From the NCBI RefSeq assembly GCF_009914755.1, contig NC_060936.1: a stretch of 64,000 bases of DNA. One strand, written 5' to 3'. Below, in pieces: positions 1 to 14,032 of the stretch. Below the pieces are notes generated by a model. The model was not told the DNA's origin. It made no database searches and saw nothing but the letters and a program-made list of their open reading frames with translations. The position numbers were made by a program, and so were the translations under genes. How positions within the stretch are numbered: position 1 is the first letter of the stretch; each line of letters opens with the position of its first letter. The stretch is from the human T2T-CHM13v2.0 reference genome, Homo sapiens.

Positions 1-403
1 TTCTAATTTTGTGTTTAAGGCATATGAGTCCATTTTCAATATAGGTCTCATACGCTTGGGAAGAAGATGCAGCAGAACTCAGAGTAGACTGCAGGGGGCT
101 CAAGGCCCGCTGGCTTTCCCCATGCTGACTGTGGTTCACTTGGGGCTTGGCTGACTTCATATTCCCCTCTCTTTCCTCCTCTGAATGGCCTGAAGGTGAC
201 TGGTAACCAAAAGGGGATGAAAAGAGTTGCACCATTGAAACAGATGAGGCTGAAGGAGGTGGGGGAAAGTTAAGTATAAAATTAGGACTAGAGGGACACA
301 GCCAGGCAATAACTTCCCTGGAAAGTCTAGACCACTCCCTTAAACTCTTTTCCACAGAAGTGAGCTCGAAACCCAATGATGCTTGAGATACTTGTACTTC
401 CAT
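1..403 (-). CDS. CAPRIN2: Caprin-2 N-terminal coding exon (codons 1-134, truncated by window edge)
   Basis: Manual translation from ATG at 403 (context aggATGG): MEVQVSQASLGFELTSVEKSLREWSRLSREVIAWLCPSSPNFILNFPPPPSASSVSMVQLF...MKSAKPQVNHSQHGESQRALSPLQSTLSSAASSSQAYETYIENGLICLKHKIR. Matches the recalled human Caprin-2 N-terminus; open to position 1. Confidence 0.96.
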   Translation of the reverse strand, partial: MEVQVSQASLGFELTSVEKSLREWSRLSREVIAWLCPSSPNFILNFPPPPSASSVSMVQLFSSPFGYQSPSGHSEEEREGNMKSAKPQVNHSQHGESQRALSPLQSTLSSAASSSQAYETYIENGLICLKHKIR

Positions 404-840
404 CCTACTTTTAAAGTAATTAGTGCCGCTAGCCAATAAGGATAGCCTTTACATAGGCAAAATCTCCCAATACGGAGGATGTTTCCAGAAATTCGATTTT
501 CCACATAGGGAGGAAGAACTGCAACGGCTTCAGAGCTCCTTTCTTCTCATGAGGGCAGATCACATTCTAAATAATTCCCATGGCCACGTGATGACACCAA
601 AAGAATAAGCTTTCCACACCGGGACCTAAGGCTGAGCCACTCAAACCTCTTTACATGATCCCTCACCACCAGCCCTAACCTCAATCCTGAACGTTTGGAA
701 GAAAATCCAAACTCACATTCTTTTATAGCTCTAAGTGAACCAGCAGCTTCTTGAACAAGAATGCTAACTTCCCCGATTGCTCTGGGGCCTACAAGGCAAT
801 CCATCACTACTGGACATTTGCAGACAGGTACTCTCTCAAC
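404..840 (-). other. CAPRIN2: CAPRIN2 5' leader segment with nine upstream AUGs/uORFs
   Basis: Minus-strand ATGs at 817, 804, 718, 656, 581, 565, 550, 506, 454. Candidate acceptor ttcctgcAG ends at 841. Confidence 0.75.
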
Positions 841-971
841 CTGCAGGAACCCCGCGTTTATTCTCAGTTGTTTGGTTTAGACTAGCCCAAAACCGCTTAC
901 ACCCAACCAGTTTAAGAGCTCATTCTAGCGAGCCCTTCCCGTGCCCTAATCAGTGGCCCTTGCGCACTTAC
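841..971 (-). other. CAPRIN2: Candidate 131-nt optional intron in CAPRIN2 5' UTR
   Basis: Consensus donor TAC|GTAAGT at 971-966 and acceptor ctgcAG|G at 841 on the minus strand. Confidence 0.5.
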
Positions 972-1960
972 GTATCCGTCTCTCGACCTCCAAGCACCCG
1001 AGGTATCCCTTTCTCCCCCCTTAGGAGCATCCCCAAACCAAGGACAGAACAGGCCCCATGCACGCCAGCGCGCACCCCCTCAAGTCTCCGGGGGAGCCTG
1101 AGCGAAGAGCACCTCTCCCGAGCGGCCACGGAGAGCCCTGCAGGCACCGACCCCCACCCTTCCCACAGCCGCCCCGGGTACGCAGAAGCCGCTTCTGCAA
1201 GGCCCCGGGGGAGGCTGACCTGCGGAAAACGCACCGACCGCGGCCCTCGGGAGCCCCGCCCCGCCCCGGGGATGCCAAGCCGCCCCTCCACCTCGCCGCG
1301 GCGCCGGCCGCCCAGACCTGCCCACCCTCGCCGGGTCAGCCGCCTCCCTCCGCCGCGCCGACCGAGGCCGCCGCAGCCCGACTTCACCTCCCCAGGCAGC
1401 CGAGGCCGCCGCTGCCGCAGCCCGGGCCCGCCTTCCAAAGCCGGGGGGAGGCAGGAGCGCTGCGGAGGTGGACCGGCGCCACCCCGCACTCGCGTCTCCT
1501 CCTCCTGTCTCCTCCCTCTCCCCTCCCGGTCCTCGCCCGCGGCCTCTGCGGCGCCAGAGACCCAGCCGACTCAGCCGCTCGCGCCCAGGCCCGCCCACCG
1601 CGCCGCGCGTGGCTTTTGTAGGCCGCGCCCCGCCCCGGCCCGCTCCGCCCTCGGCCGCCCCGCCACCGCCTCCTTCCGGTGCTCCTTCCCGGCTGCAGCT
1701 GGCCGCCAGCGCTTGTCGGGTGTTAGTTCCGGGCCCAGCTTGGGCTGGTGGTAGGTCGGGAGAGGGCGCGGTCTCCCAGCCTTTGCGCAGATTGCGGGGC
1801 ACCAGGTGGGGCCGAGGCGACGCCGAACGCCGGCAGGCCGGAAACCGCGCAGCCCCGCTGGACCTCGCTGATTGCCGGCGGCACCGGTGGTTTCGCGACC
1901 TTGAACAGGTGACTCCAATAGCTCCAGGAGGGCAGCGAGCCCTTCGCGGAACTGCCAGAT
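940..1960. promoter_or_regulatory. CAPRIN2: CpG-island promoter of CAPRIN2, probably bidirectional
   Basis: Very GC/CpG-rich, GC boxes around 1620-1665, directly upstream of the CDS. Plus-strand donor CAG|GTGACT at 1909 suggests a divergent first exon. Confidence 0.9.
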
Positions 1961-2915
1961 AAGCCATGCTTGAGGCTGTCGTAGCCTAGTGGGTAGTCGT
2001 GAAATGCAGATGCGCCTTTGCCCCTCAGATAGCATCTTTCATAGTAGGATGGGGAAAAAACACCGTTTCCTTACAGGGGAATCAGCCTGTAAGAGCAGAA
2101 TGCCCCAAATCAGCATCGCCATAAAAACGGAGTAGGTGACTTCGCAACCTGCAATAATAGGATTGAGTTTATTCAAGCCGTATTATTTGTTCATGTGACA
2201 CACATTAATTGACTGGCACGCAGAGAAAGCTGTAAAAAATCTTTGTAAGGTTACATAAAATTAAGAGAAAAGTCTGGAAATATGTAAAAGTTTATTGAGG
2301 AAAGGAAGGTGTTTCTGATACCAAATAAGAAACACACACACACACTCAGCAATACTTTGCCCCAACATGTGTTTACTTATTACACCAAGTGGAGTTTTTT
2401 AGGTCCTGATTGTCCCTGACGCTCTGATAAAAAATATTGAGACTAGCAAAAGAACAGAAAATTCAGAAGAAGAATCAAGGAAACAAAGGTCTAGTTTTAA
2501 AAGCCTTGGTCAACTTCACACAAATTAATTTTAACATTACTTAATACATTTTTTTGGCATCTATTATCCGTGTTCTTTTCGGTCCCTGGTGACATAATGT
2601 ACCCTAATGTTGCATTTTAACTTTGAATCTCTGAATCCCATATGTGTTCTTCAGGGTCAGAGAAATACTAGATTTTCCCTTTTTCTCATTGTTTATAAAC
2701 AGAGAAACGCAGAAGATGCTGAACATGAGGAGAGGAAGGCTATGCCTTCACCTTTGGTAACACAAAAAACAGTGGCCATAAGAAAAAATGTGAAGGACAC
2801 ACTGTTGGATCAATGAGTTGACACAAAGTTACAGCACAGCCTGAGTTGTAGTCCGAGCTAATGATGAACCTAAAAATGGTATTTCAGTCAGATTAATCAT
2901 GAAATGTTTGCCCCC

Positions 2916-3215
2916 TGCCGGCGCAGTGGCTCAAGCCTGTGATCCCAGCACTTTGGGAGGCCGAGGCGGGGTGGATCACCTGAGGTCGGGAGTTCGAGGC
3001 CAGGCTGGCCAGCGTGGTGAATATCCATCTCTACTAAAAATACAAAAATTAGCCGAGCGTGGCGGCATGTGCCTGTAATCATGGCTACTCAGAGGCTAAG
3101 GCAGGAGAATCGCTTGAAACCCGGAGACGGACGCTGCAGTGAGCCGAGATTGTGCCGCTGCACTCCAGCCTGGGTGACAGAGCAAGACTCTATCTCAAAA
3201 AAAGAAAGAAAGAAA
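2916..3215 (+). mobile_element. AluS
   Basis: Dimeric Alu with A/GAAA tail; TSD gaaatgtttgcc at 2901-2912 and 3216-3227. Confidence 0.95.
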
Positions 3216-3749
3216 GAAATGTTTGCCTTCTAATCGGTCAGGCAAAAAGGAGGCCGTAAATTTTAAATTTTCTACTAAATGGATATTCTTCTAAATGAAT
3301 AAATCCATACAGATTTACTTCTCAGGAAGGATTATAAAAATGCATCACGAAAGAATGCAAAAGCAAAAATAATTGAATTTCAAGTCCAGTAGGGTACAGT
3401 CTGTATACGTATGGCGTGACATTTGTAGGAGAACATACCACAGTAGATACTCTTGAAGCAATGTCTTCTGAACAAGTTAAAAAGATGATTCAGATAAAAG
3501 CTTTTCTGCTAGAGGAGATCTTTAAAGTCAGTAAGTCTGGCTTACTTTGAAAGCACATGTCCCCAAAACTTTTATTTGTCAGGAGTTTAGTTTATTTTAC
3601 CCTCTCCCACTCCCTATTTTCTGTAAGACCGTGACTTTTCTTGCCAACTGTGAGGCAGTATCTGTGGCATGCCACCTCCAAGCTTAGCAAGGAATAACTA
3701 TATTGGAAATATGATAAAAAGTGTTGTCTCGAATCATTGATAGAAGAAT

Positions 3750-3870
3750 ATATTCATTTATTCATTCAACAGATGTTTACTTAGCACTTGCTATGTAGTA
3801 GGTGATAAGGCATAATGGTGACTGAAACAATATAGCTTCTGCCTTCGTGGAGCTAAGTGGGAATTCAGTA
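3750..3870 (-). mobile_element. L2 3'-end fragment
   Basis: ttcattcattcaacagatgtttacttagcac... is the typical antisense L2 terminus. Confidence 0.6.
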
Positions 3871-4342
3871 AAAGCTATAGATGTAAATGGCAAAAACAAC
3901 CAAATCAAAAAACCCGAAGACAAAAATACTAAAGACTTTAATAATGGATGGTTTGATTTCTACAAAAACAGCCAGACTTTACATCCTTTGAAAATGTGAA
4001 GGTGTTAAATATGCACTGTCTGACAAATGTTCAATTGCTGCAGGGATGGTTATGCTGTAGTCACTTAAAATTAATATAGCTTCATATTGTTGAAACTGGA
4101 AAGATAAATCCACCAAAGGATGTGAAACCTGGTAGCGTGTTAGTAGAGATATGAGAAATTATCTTAGACACATGGTTGTGGGTGATAGAAGTCTGTTTCT
4201 TATTGGCTCTACGAGACTTTGTGGAGAATTGCCACCAAGAGACAGAGAGAGAGGGAGAAAGTCACCAAGAAAAATAATAAGAAGGCTAAGAAAGAAAAAG
4301 ACAGGAACAATAACATAAGGTTGTTAAAAAGATAGTACTTTT

Positions 4343-4673
<331 letters not shown>

Positions 4674-5059
4674 TCACATACTTGCTGATTCATAGAGTGT
4701 CTATTCAAATATTTGAGAAACTTTTTATGAAAGTAAAGAACTGAGAAATATAGACCTCAGGTAGGAAAAAAAACTTGCCATAATAGTTTAGGGTATTTTT
4801 AGAGAAATATCTAGTTTGTAAGATTAATAATTTGGTAGGCTTATTTTTTCATAAAATTATACATTCCTATTGGTTTTGTTGATACTGTTTTTCTGATATT
4901 GAAGTTAATGCATTAATAGTGCTCCACCATTAAGTACCTTTGAAATAAAAGTTCTTTAGAGGAGGAGTAATCAGTGTAGAACTTATGAATGTGTGTCATT
5001 AAATCAATAATATCAAGCCCATAAAAATATGATTTCTGTCCAACTTTGAAGTATTATAA

Positions 5060-5260
5060 AGTGTCAACAGCATGGGCTTTGGAGACAGACACACATGGAT
5101 TGGATTCTTGTTCCTGCCCCTTACTAGCTGAATGATCTTGGGCAAGTGACTGAAATTCTGTGGGCTTCAGTTTTTTCAGCTGTAAAACTGCTGATAATAA
5201 AACAAACATAATATTACCTATTAACAGCATTGTTAAGGATTTCATTTCGTTTCTGTAAAA
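5060..5260 (+). mobile_element. MIR
   Basis: MIR core (gatcttgggcaagtgact...cttcagttttttcagctgtaaaa). Confidence 0.75.
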
Positions 5261-6268
5261 GCATCTGACTAGAGACTAGGCCATGAAAACATATCCTCCA
5301 CTGAGATACCTGTATTTGCTGCTTTTGCCATAATACGAAGCCCAGCATTTCTCCTAGTAGCCAAGGAGAACTAGAGAACTGTGGAATTTATGGCTAAGGA
5401 ATCCCACCCCCCTCCCCCTTATTTGAAAGACAAGGTATATAAAGCTGGTGGACATTTGTGAGTTTTCCAAGACCTAAAGAATCTAGGTCTTCTGCCCTCT
5501 AATGCAACATGCACTCCAGGCCGCTTCATCCCTTTCCCTTGCTGCTTCCATGGAGTAAATAAAGTATAGAAATAGGCAATTAAACTTGAAGATTGAAACC
5601 AAAAAGAATAAGCAATTCAGTGTTACAGTGTCTTCAAAGGAATTCATTCAGAAAGACATTTTAAAATATTCATATCTTTTGATCCAGTAGCCTTTATTTT
5701 AGGAATCTCCCCTATCAAAATAATCAGAGATGCAAACAATCACTTATTTATGAAAATGCTAGGCACCACATTTTTTTAAGTGGTGGGAAATTGTAAACAA
5801 CAACCTAGACACTCAACAATAGAGAAATGGCTAAATAATGTGACTCTAAGCCATGAATTTTAATTCAAGTAGTACAAATCATCTTTTCAAAGAATATTCA
5901 ATGACATGATATTATATGAAGTGAAAAAAGGGCAGGATAAAACACGGTATAAAACATTTAGTAAGATTGTGACTTTGTAAAATATTTCATTTTAAATATG
6001 CATGGAAAAGGCTGAAAGATGTTTTCACTTTATTTTTATAGCATATGTTTAGTTTTTATACCAAACCAGAAAAAGTATTTTCCCAAAAACATGAAAGCTG
6101 CCCCCTCCATCGATTACCATTATTAACTTTTTGCTTATATTCTTCTAGACTTATTTCCAAGAAAATATCTGTATAATTTTTTTACAAAAATGGGAATGTA
6201 CTAAACATTTTGCAATTCTGCTATTTTGACTTAAAATATAATGAGCATCTTTTTATTAAAATAAACTT

Positions 6269-6580
<312 letters not shown>

Positions 6581-7595
6581 TAAACTTTAACTTCGGATTA
6601 GCTTTGGGAGGTAGAATTTCATATTATTTTAATTATATTCTTTTTACTTTCTGTGAACAAGTTAGAACTAACATTATTTAACAGAAATGTTAGTTATCCA
6701 AATAGGAATCACAGCAATATAATACACCAGTAACTATTTGAATAAATGGTAATCTACATAATTATTCTTTTTGTACAAGGACAAGAATCCTAAATGAAAC
6801 ACAAAAAAGTGACTCTAGAAAGAAAGCCTAAAGTGGTACAAGTTATTTTGTGATTTGAAAAAAATACTTCTTATTCACCATCACTTTGTTAGCCTAGAAT
6901 TTTTCACATAAACGATTTACTCATTTTTGATAAACAGTATGTTTTTAAAAAGTTCTGTTTCTTAGATATGGCATCAAAAGCACAAGCAACAAAAGAAAAC
7001 AGATAAGTTGGACTTCATCAGAATTGAAAACTTTTGTGCTTCTAAGGATGCTATCAAGAAAGTGAAAAGACAGCCCACAAAGTTGGAGAAAATATTTGTA
7101 AATTATATGTAAGGTACTTGTATGAAAATATAAAGAACTCTCTTAGAACTCATTAATAAAAAGACATCCCAATTTAAAAATGTGCAAAGAATATGATAGG
7201 CATTTCTCCAAAGAAGAGATAAAAATGACCAATAGGTACATGGAAAGATGCTCAACATCAGTACTCATCAGGGGAATGTAAATCAAAACCACAATGAGAT
7301 ATCATTTCACACCTACATAGGTGGTCATAATAAAAAAAGATAATAACAAGTGTTGACGAGGATGTGGAAAAATTGGTTGGAATCCTCATACATTGCTGGT
7401 GGGAGTGTAAAATGATGTAGCTGCTTTGGAAGACAGTCTGGCGGTTCTTCAGTTAAATATACTGTTACCATATGACCCAGCAATTCCATTCCTAGGTATA
7501 CTCCCAAGAGAAATGAAAACACATATGCACACAAAAGCTTGAACACACATTTTCATAGCAGCATTATTCAAATCACTGAAAAGTAGAAACAACCA

Positions 7596-7901
7596 GGCCA
7601 GGCGTGCTGGCTCATGCCTGTAATCCCAGCACTTTGGGAGGCCGAGGCGGGTGGATCACGAGGTCAGTAGTTCAAGACCAGCCTGGCCAAGATGCTGAAA
7701 CCCTGTCTCTACTAAAAAAAAAAAAAATACAAAAATATTAGCCAGGCTTGGTGGCGGGTGCCTGTAATCCCAGCCACTCAGGAGGCTGAGGCAGAGAATT
7801 GCTTGAACCCGGGAGGCGGAGGTTGCAGTGAGCCAAGATCGCACTACTGCACTCCAGCCTGGGCGACAGAGCGAGACTCATCTAAAAATAAATAAATAAA
7901 T
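7596..7901 (+). mobile_element. AluS (Sg-like) within L1
   Basis: Full Alu; TSD aaagtagaaacaacca on both sides. Confidence 0.95.
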
Positions 7902-8038
7902 AAAGTAGAAACAACCAAAATGTCCCATCTACTAATAAATGCTTAAATAAAATGTGGTATATCTGTACAATGGAATATTATTCAGCCATTAAAAGGAATG
8001 AAGTACTGATACAGTATGTACGAAATTTAGAAACATTA

Positions 8039-8590
<552 letters not shown>

Positions 8591-8636
8591 CTAAAAACCA
8601 TTAAATTGTATACTTTAAATGGGTGAATTGTATGGT

Positions 8637-9490
<854 letters not shown>

Positions 9491-9649
9491 ATATGGTATG
9501 ATACGGTATGTGAATTATATACTAATAAAGCTTTATTTTTAAGGGCTCTGGCTTTATTTTTGTTTTAAGTGGAAATGTGTATACTCATGGCAGAGAGCGT
9601 TGGAAGTCCAGAAGGCAAAAGGTGAAAAGGAGGCTCTATTCATGCAGAT

Positions 9650-10040
9650 TTCTGCGGGGACAGAAGCAGGAGTGAGGGGAAGGCATAGGCCAGAGCCCTT
9701 ACTGGGGTTCTGCAGCAAATGCAAGGCAGAGCAGGGGAAACAGTTTAGGATTGGCTAGTTTGAATAATTCCAATAGGCTTTGGGCTATAGGGGTGATATG
9801 TAGTTGCCTGATACCTGGCCCTGTGATGATTTAGGGTAGGGCAAACAGTGGCTTGGTATGTGAGAGTTAGATAAGAAGGTATGTGGAGCCACAACCTTGG
9901 TTCAGTTGGTCTGCACATGAGTTCCCGGCAAGCCGACTTACAGGACAAAAGTAAATATGGTTTACCATATTTACTTATGGTTTGACCCTGCGATAAGTAG
10001 ATACCAAATAGACATACAGAATCTAAGAAAATGCAGTTAA
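9650..10040. mobile_element. ERV LTR-like fragment (family uncertain, MER76/MER87-like)
   Basis: aacagtttaggattggctagtttgaataatt motif resembles recalled LTR consensus; ends not defined. Confidence 0.4.
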
Positions 10041-12779
10041 AACAGGTAGCCTGATACCATTTACCTTCAGATTGAGTCCCCTACCTACTCAAGTACATTC
10101 CCTGACAAGTTAATAGCTGAATACTATTCCCTGATTGGCGCTTTGGCCCTGGGAACTAAACTTTGGTTGCTTCTCTATCCAGTCATTGTCTCTCCCTTTA
10201 GGCTCCCTGAAACTCTGCATCCCACCCAACTGCCTGTCCATCCCAACAGGTTTGATCACATATTCAGTGAAAGATTAAAACAAAATTTAGCAGGTCCCAA
10301 CTGCCCCCAAGATGCAATGTTCTTTGTAAATTATTTACATTTTATTTTTGAGTAGGTAATGGAATACAGTTGCTATACGGAAGGAAAAGTATCCCCTCAC
10401 TCTTGTCCTCAGTTCCCTTCCTCTGAGTTAACAAGTGTTAACTATCTTCGGTGGATCTTTCCATAGATTTTATGCACATGTAACAAGTATAGTCTCCCAC
10501 CATCACCATTTTTTAATCCAAATGTTCACTTACAAACACCGCTACATCTTGCTTTTTTCTCCTAACAGTTTATCTTTGCAATCAACCCCATACCATTATA
10601 CAAGGAGCTTCCTCATTCTTTCAAACAAGCACAGTATTGCATTTAAATGTATCATAAATTACTTAATGGGCACAATGTAAGTTGTTCAGGAAATGAATAC
10701 CCTGAAAGCCCTGACTTGATCTCTAGGCAATCTATGCATGTAACAAAATTGTACTTGGAACTCATAAATGTATACAAAAAAATAAAGGTACCATAATTTA
10801 ACCAGTCCTCTAGTGAAAAATATTAAGGATATTTCCAACCTTTTGCCTTACAATTATGCAATTAATAACCTTATTCATACATCATTTTGCACATTTATGA
10901 ATATATCTGTAGGAGAAAACCTTCAAAGTAGTATTACTGGATCAATTATGCCTTTGATAGGTGTTTCCAAATTGATTTTCATAGAGGTAGCCACATGTAA
11001 ACTCCCATCAGCAACATATGCAACCTGTTTATCCTCCCCATCATTAACACAGCATGTGTAGCATTTGCTGCCAGCCCAGACCTGTCAGTGTGTTCCTGTG
11101 ACTTCCGACTGTCAATATCTGCTCAGTCTCTGTGCCTCAGAGTCCCATCCCCATCTGAACAAGGCGTCTTATGGGATTATAGGAAGGTCAAAAGCACAGA
11201 AAATGAACACCACTACCTTCAACCCCCCACCATACACACAAGTCACAAGGAGCATTCATCCCTGACTTTCCAGCTCCATCATCCCTCTAGTGGGATAATT
11301 CTGAGGTTTGTATGTTACATTACCTCCTAGGGTTTTTCCACATGGTAGCTGGTAAATAAAGTACCTTCACTGGCTGCCTTACCTTTTCTATGGCATTTCC
11401 CTACTTCTCTTTCCAGTCTCCCCTCCCAGCTGCCCCATCTGAATTGCCCTCCTCGGATTCTTTTTGTTTGTAATTAGTATCAGGAAGCAAAAGTTGGCGT
11501 CAGCAACGTTTACCTTCCAAAGATAATTGAGCTCCTTATTTGATCTGAGTGTTCTACATCTGTTTCATCTTCATCATAATGTTGATATTTTTCGGGCTAT
11601 TGGAAACTAGTCTCTTTAAAGCCATGCAACATTAATTAAAGCTTTAAAGCAGATGTCTGTGCCAGAAAAAAATTCAGCAAATTATTTACTTTTAGAATAA
11701 GAATATTTCCCTTAATCTCAGCAGGAATCCTGAGAGCATGCATATTATTCATGTAGGTTGGCACTGAAATTATCTTGGGGCCATGGAGAAGAACGGAAAA
11801 TAAACATGTTGATTTTCATAGGAAATTTTAAAAGATATATACTTTTAAAGGCTTCATAATTTTTTTTTTTCAAAATGCCTAACAACTAGTAAGTAAAACA
11901 ACATGGGGGAAAAAAGACTAAATGGAACTTCACTTAAATGCTGAATGTTTCACTATTGAGGCAAATTATTTTTTTCTAGGAAAGTTACCTTCAGATGCAG
12001 GTAAGTAAACTACTAGCTAATAAGTCAGCTTCTTAGAGCTTTAGTTTTATTTCCTCTGAAATAAGATTATAATTCATGGGAGTGTTTTGATGATTAAATG
12101 AGCTAATAGATGTAAAGTACTTAGCACATTGCCTGTCATATCATACTCAGTAATTGGTCCTTATTCTTACAAAAACAGTTTCTGCTCATGAGCCATTATC
12201 TACTCTAAAAGTAGCCAAGGAAGAATATATGCCATGAAAGGATTAGGACAGCCTAGGGAAAGGAAGTAGGGCACTATATAAACAATTCATAAGACAAAAA
12301 CCCCACAACTCAGGACAGCGCAAATCAAGAAGACAGCATAGTCTCTTTTCCCATGCTGGGTAGCTTGGGCTACCCAGACTTCTATAAATATGTAGAGGGG
12401 GCATCACAGGAGCTTAATGCAAATGCTGGAGTAGGCATGTTTTCTCTAAGATCATTCCTTTTGCTACCCCTACCTGACACTATCACTGTTAATGTTACCA
12501 ATTCTAAAAACATTATTTAGAGTGGCAGCAACAATGCATCTTCTTCAGAGCAGCCTGTGCAATGGTTATTTGTTTAAAGCAAAATTTGAAGGTAAGAGGT
12601 AAAGGGCAGGCAATGAGAGTTGGTATAGAGAGGATGTACTGGATATATCATGCATCTATAATGGCATAGTAGAAAGAGAACGGGACTAAGAACCAGGCAG
12701 GCAGAGTTCTAATTCTAGCTCTTCTAATGATAGTTTGTGAACTTGGGCAAACTACTAAATTTGTCTGTTAACAGTCCCC

Positions 12780-14032
12780 CAATAAATTGTCAGCAAGTGC
12801 TATCAACTCTACCTTGAAAGCATATCCCAATTCTGTCCACTTCTCTCTGTATACACTTCCATTGAAGCCAGGCCACTGTTTGCTCTCTACAGCAACAGCC
12901 TCCTATGAATTTCTTGTTTCCCTGCTGACCCCACTACAATTTCTCTTAGACACTGAAGCAGAGGGATAGTTAAGAATTTAAAATATGATATAATCTCCTG
13001 CTCAGGTCTCCTAATGATTCTCTACCTCACTTAGAAAAAACAAATTCATACTATAGTACTTAAGATGGTGTTCATGATATAAACCCTCCCGCAACCTCCA
13101 CCCCTGTTTCCTCATTGTGGCTGACAGTCCCTAATGTGGTTCCCATGATTCCCACCTCCAGGTATTCATCCCAGTGTAATTCCCTCCCCTTGAGTGGGCA
13201 GGACCTGGACATGTTTCTAACCAACAAAATACAGCCAGGATGACGGGTCATCACCTCTGTTATAACCTTACACAAGACTGTAACCTCTCTTGCTGGGAAA
13301 CTCTCTCTCCCTTGCTGATGTTGAGGAAGCAAGCAGCCATAATGGGAAGGCCCCCACAGCAAGGAACTGAAGGCAGCTTCTAGCCAACAGCCAGCAAGAG
13401 GTTGAGGCCCTACAGCCAAGAGCCTGCAAAAAATTGAATTCTGCCAACAACTACTTGAGCTTGGAAGCAGATTCACAGATGAGCCTCCCATGAGAACCCT
13501 ACTTTGGCCAATACCCTGATTGCAGCTTTGCAGAGGACCCAGCTAAACCGTGCCAGGCTGCTACATTTGTGGTAATATTGTTACATAACAATAGATAACG
13601 AATACACTTCTCTTCCATTACACTCCTCATCTCTACACTGGACCTTCTTGCTGCTCTCCCCATAAGTCAAGGCTATTCCCTCCTCAGGGCCATTGCACTT
13701 ACCGTGTCCTCTGCTTAGGAGGCTTTTAACCCAGCTCTTTACCTAGCTGACCTTTTCTTGTCATTCAAGATCTTAGCTCTAATGTTTATTCTTATCTAAC
13801 AAATCTAAATAGCCATTCTGACACTAGCACATCACAATGTTTTCGTTCTCTGCATAGGACTTTTTATTATGTGTAAAAAATGTCTTTATTCTGTTTCTTT
13901 ACACTAGAAAGTGAGCTATTTGAGAGCAAGGACCTTGTCTATCTTGTTTCCCACTATATGCCTAGAAACTAAAATAGTAGCTGGTACTATAGTAACATTC
14001 AACAAATACTTGTTGATTAACATTGAATGAAT
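12780..14032 (+). mobile_element. L2 3' portion interrupted by MLT1 LTR
   Basis: L2 3' motifs ending attcaacaaatacttgttgattaacattgaatgaat. Confidence 0.7.
13116..13605 (+). mobile_element. MaLR LTR (MLT1E/F-like)
   Basis: tgtaattccctccccttgagtg...gcaaggaactgaaggcagcttctagccaacagccagc...atttgtggtaatattgttac...aataca. Confidence 0.8.

Noticed and set aside
777-2035. Long overlapping ORFs on both strands (325, 295, 187 aa and others)
   Set aside because: Low-complexity P/R/G/A frames typical of stop-poor CpG islands; many use non-ATG starts; no recognisable domain.
11279-11297. CTCF-like CCACTAGAGGGATG on the minus strand
   Set aside because: Lacks the conserved C at the 3' end of the core.
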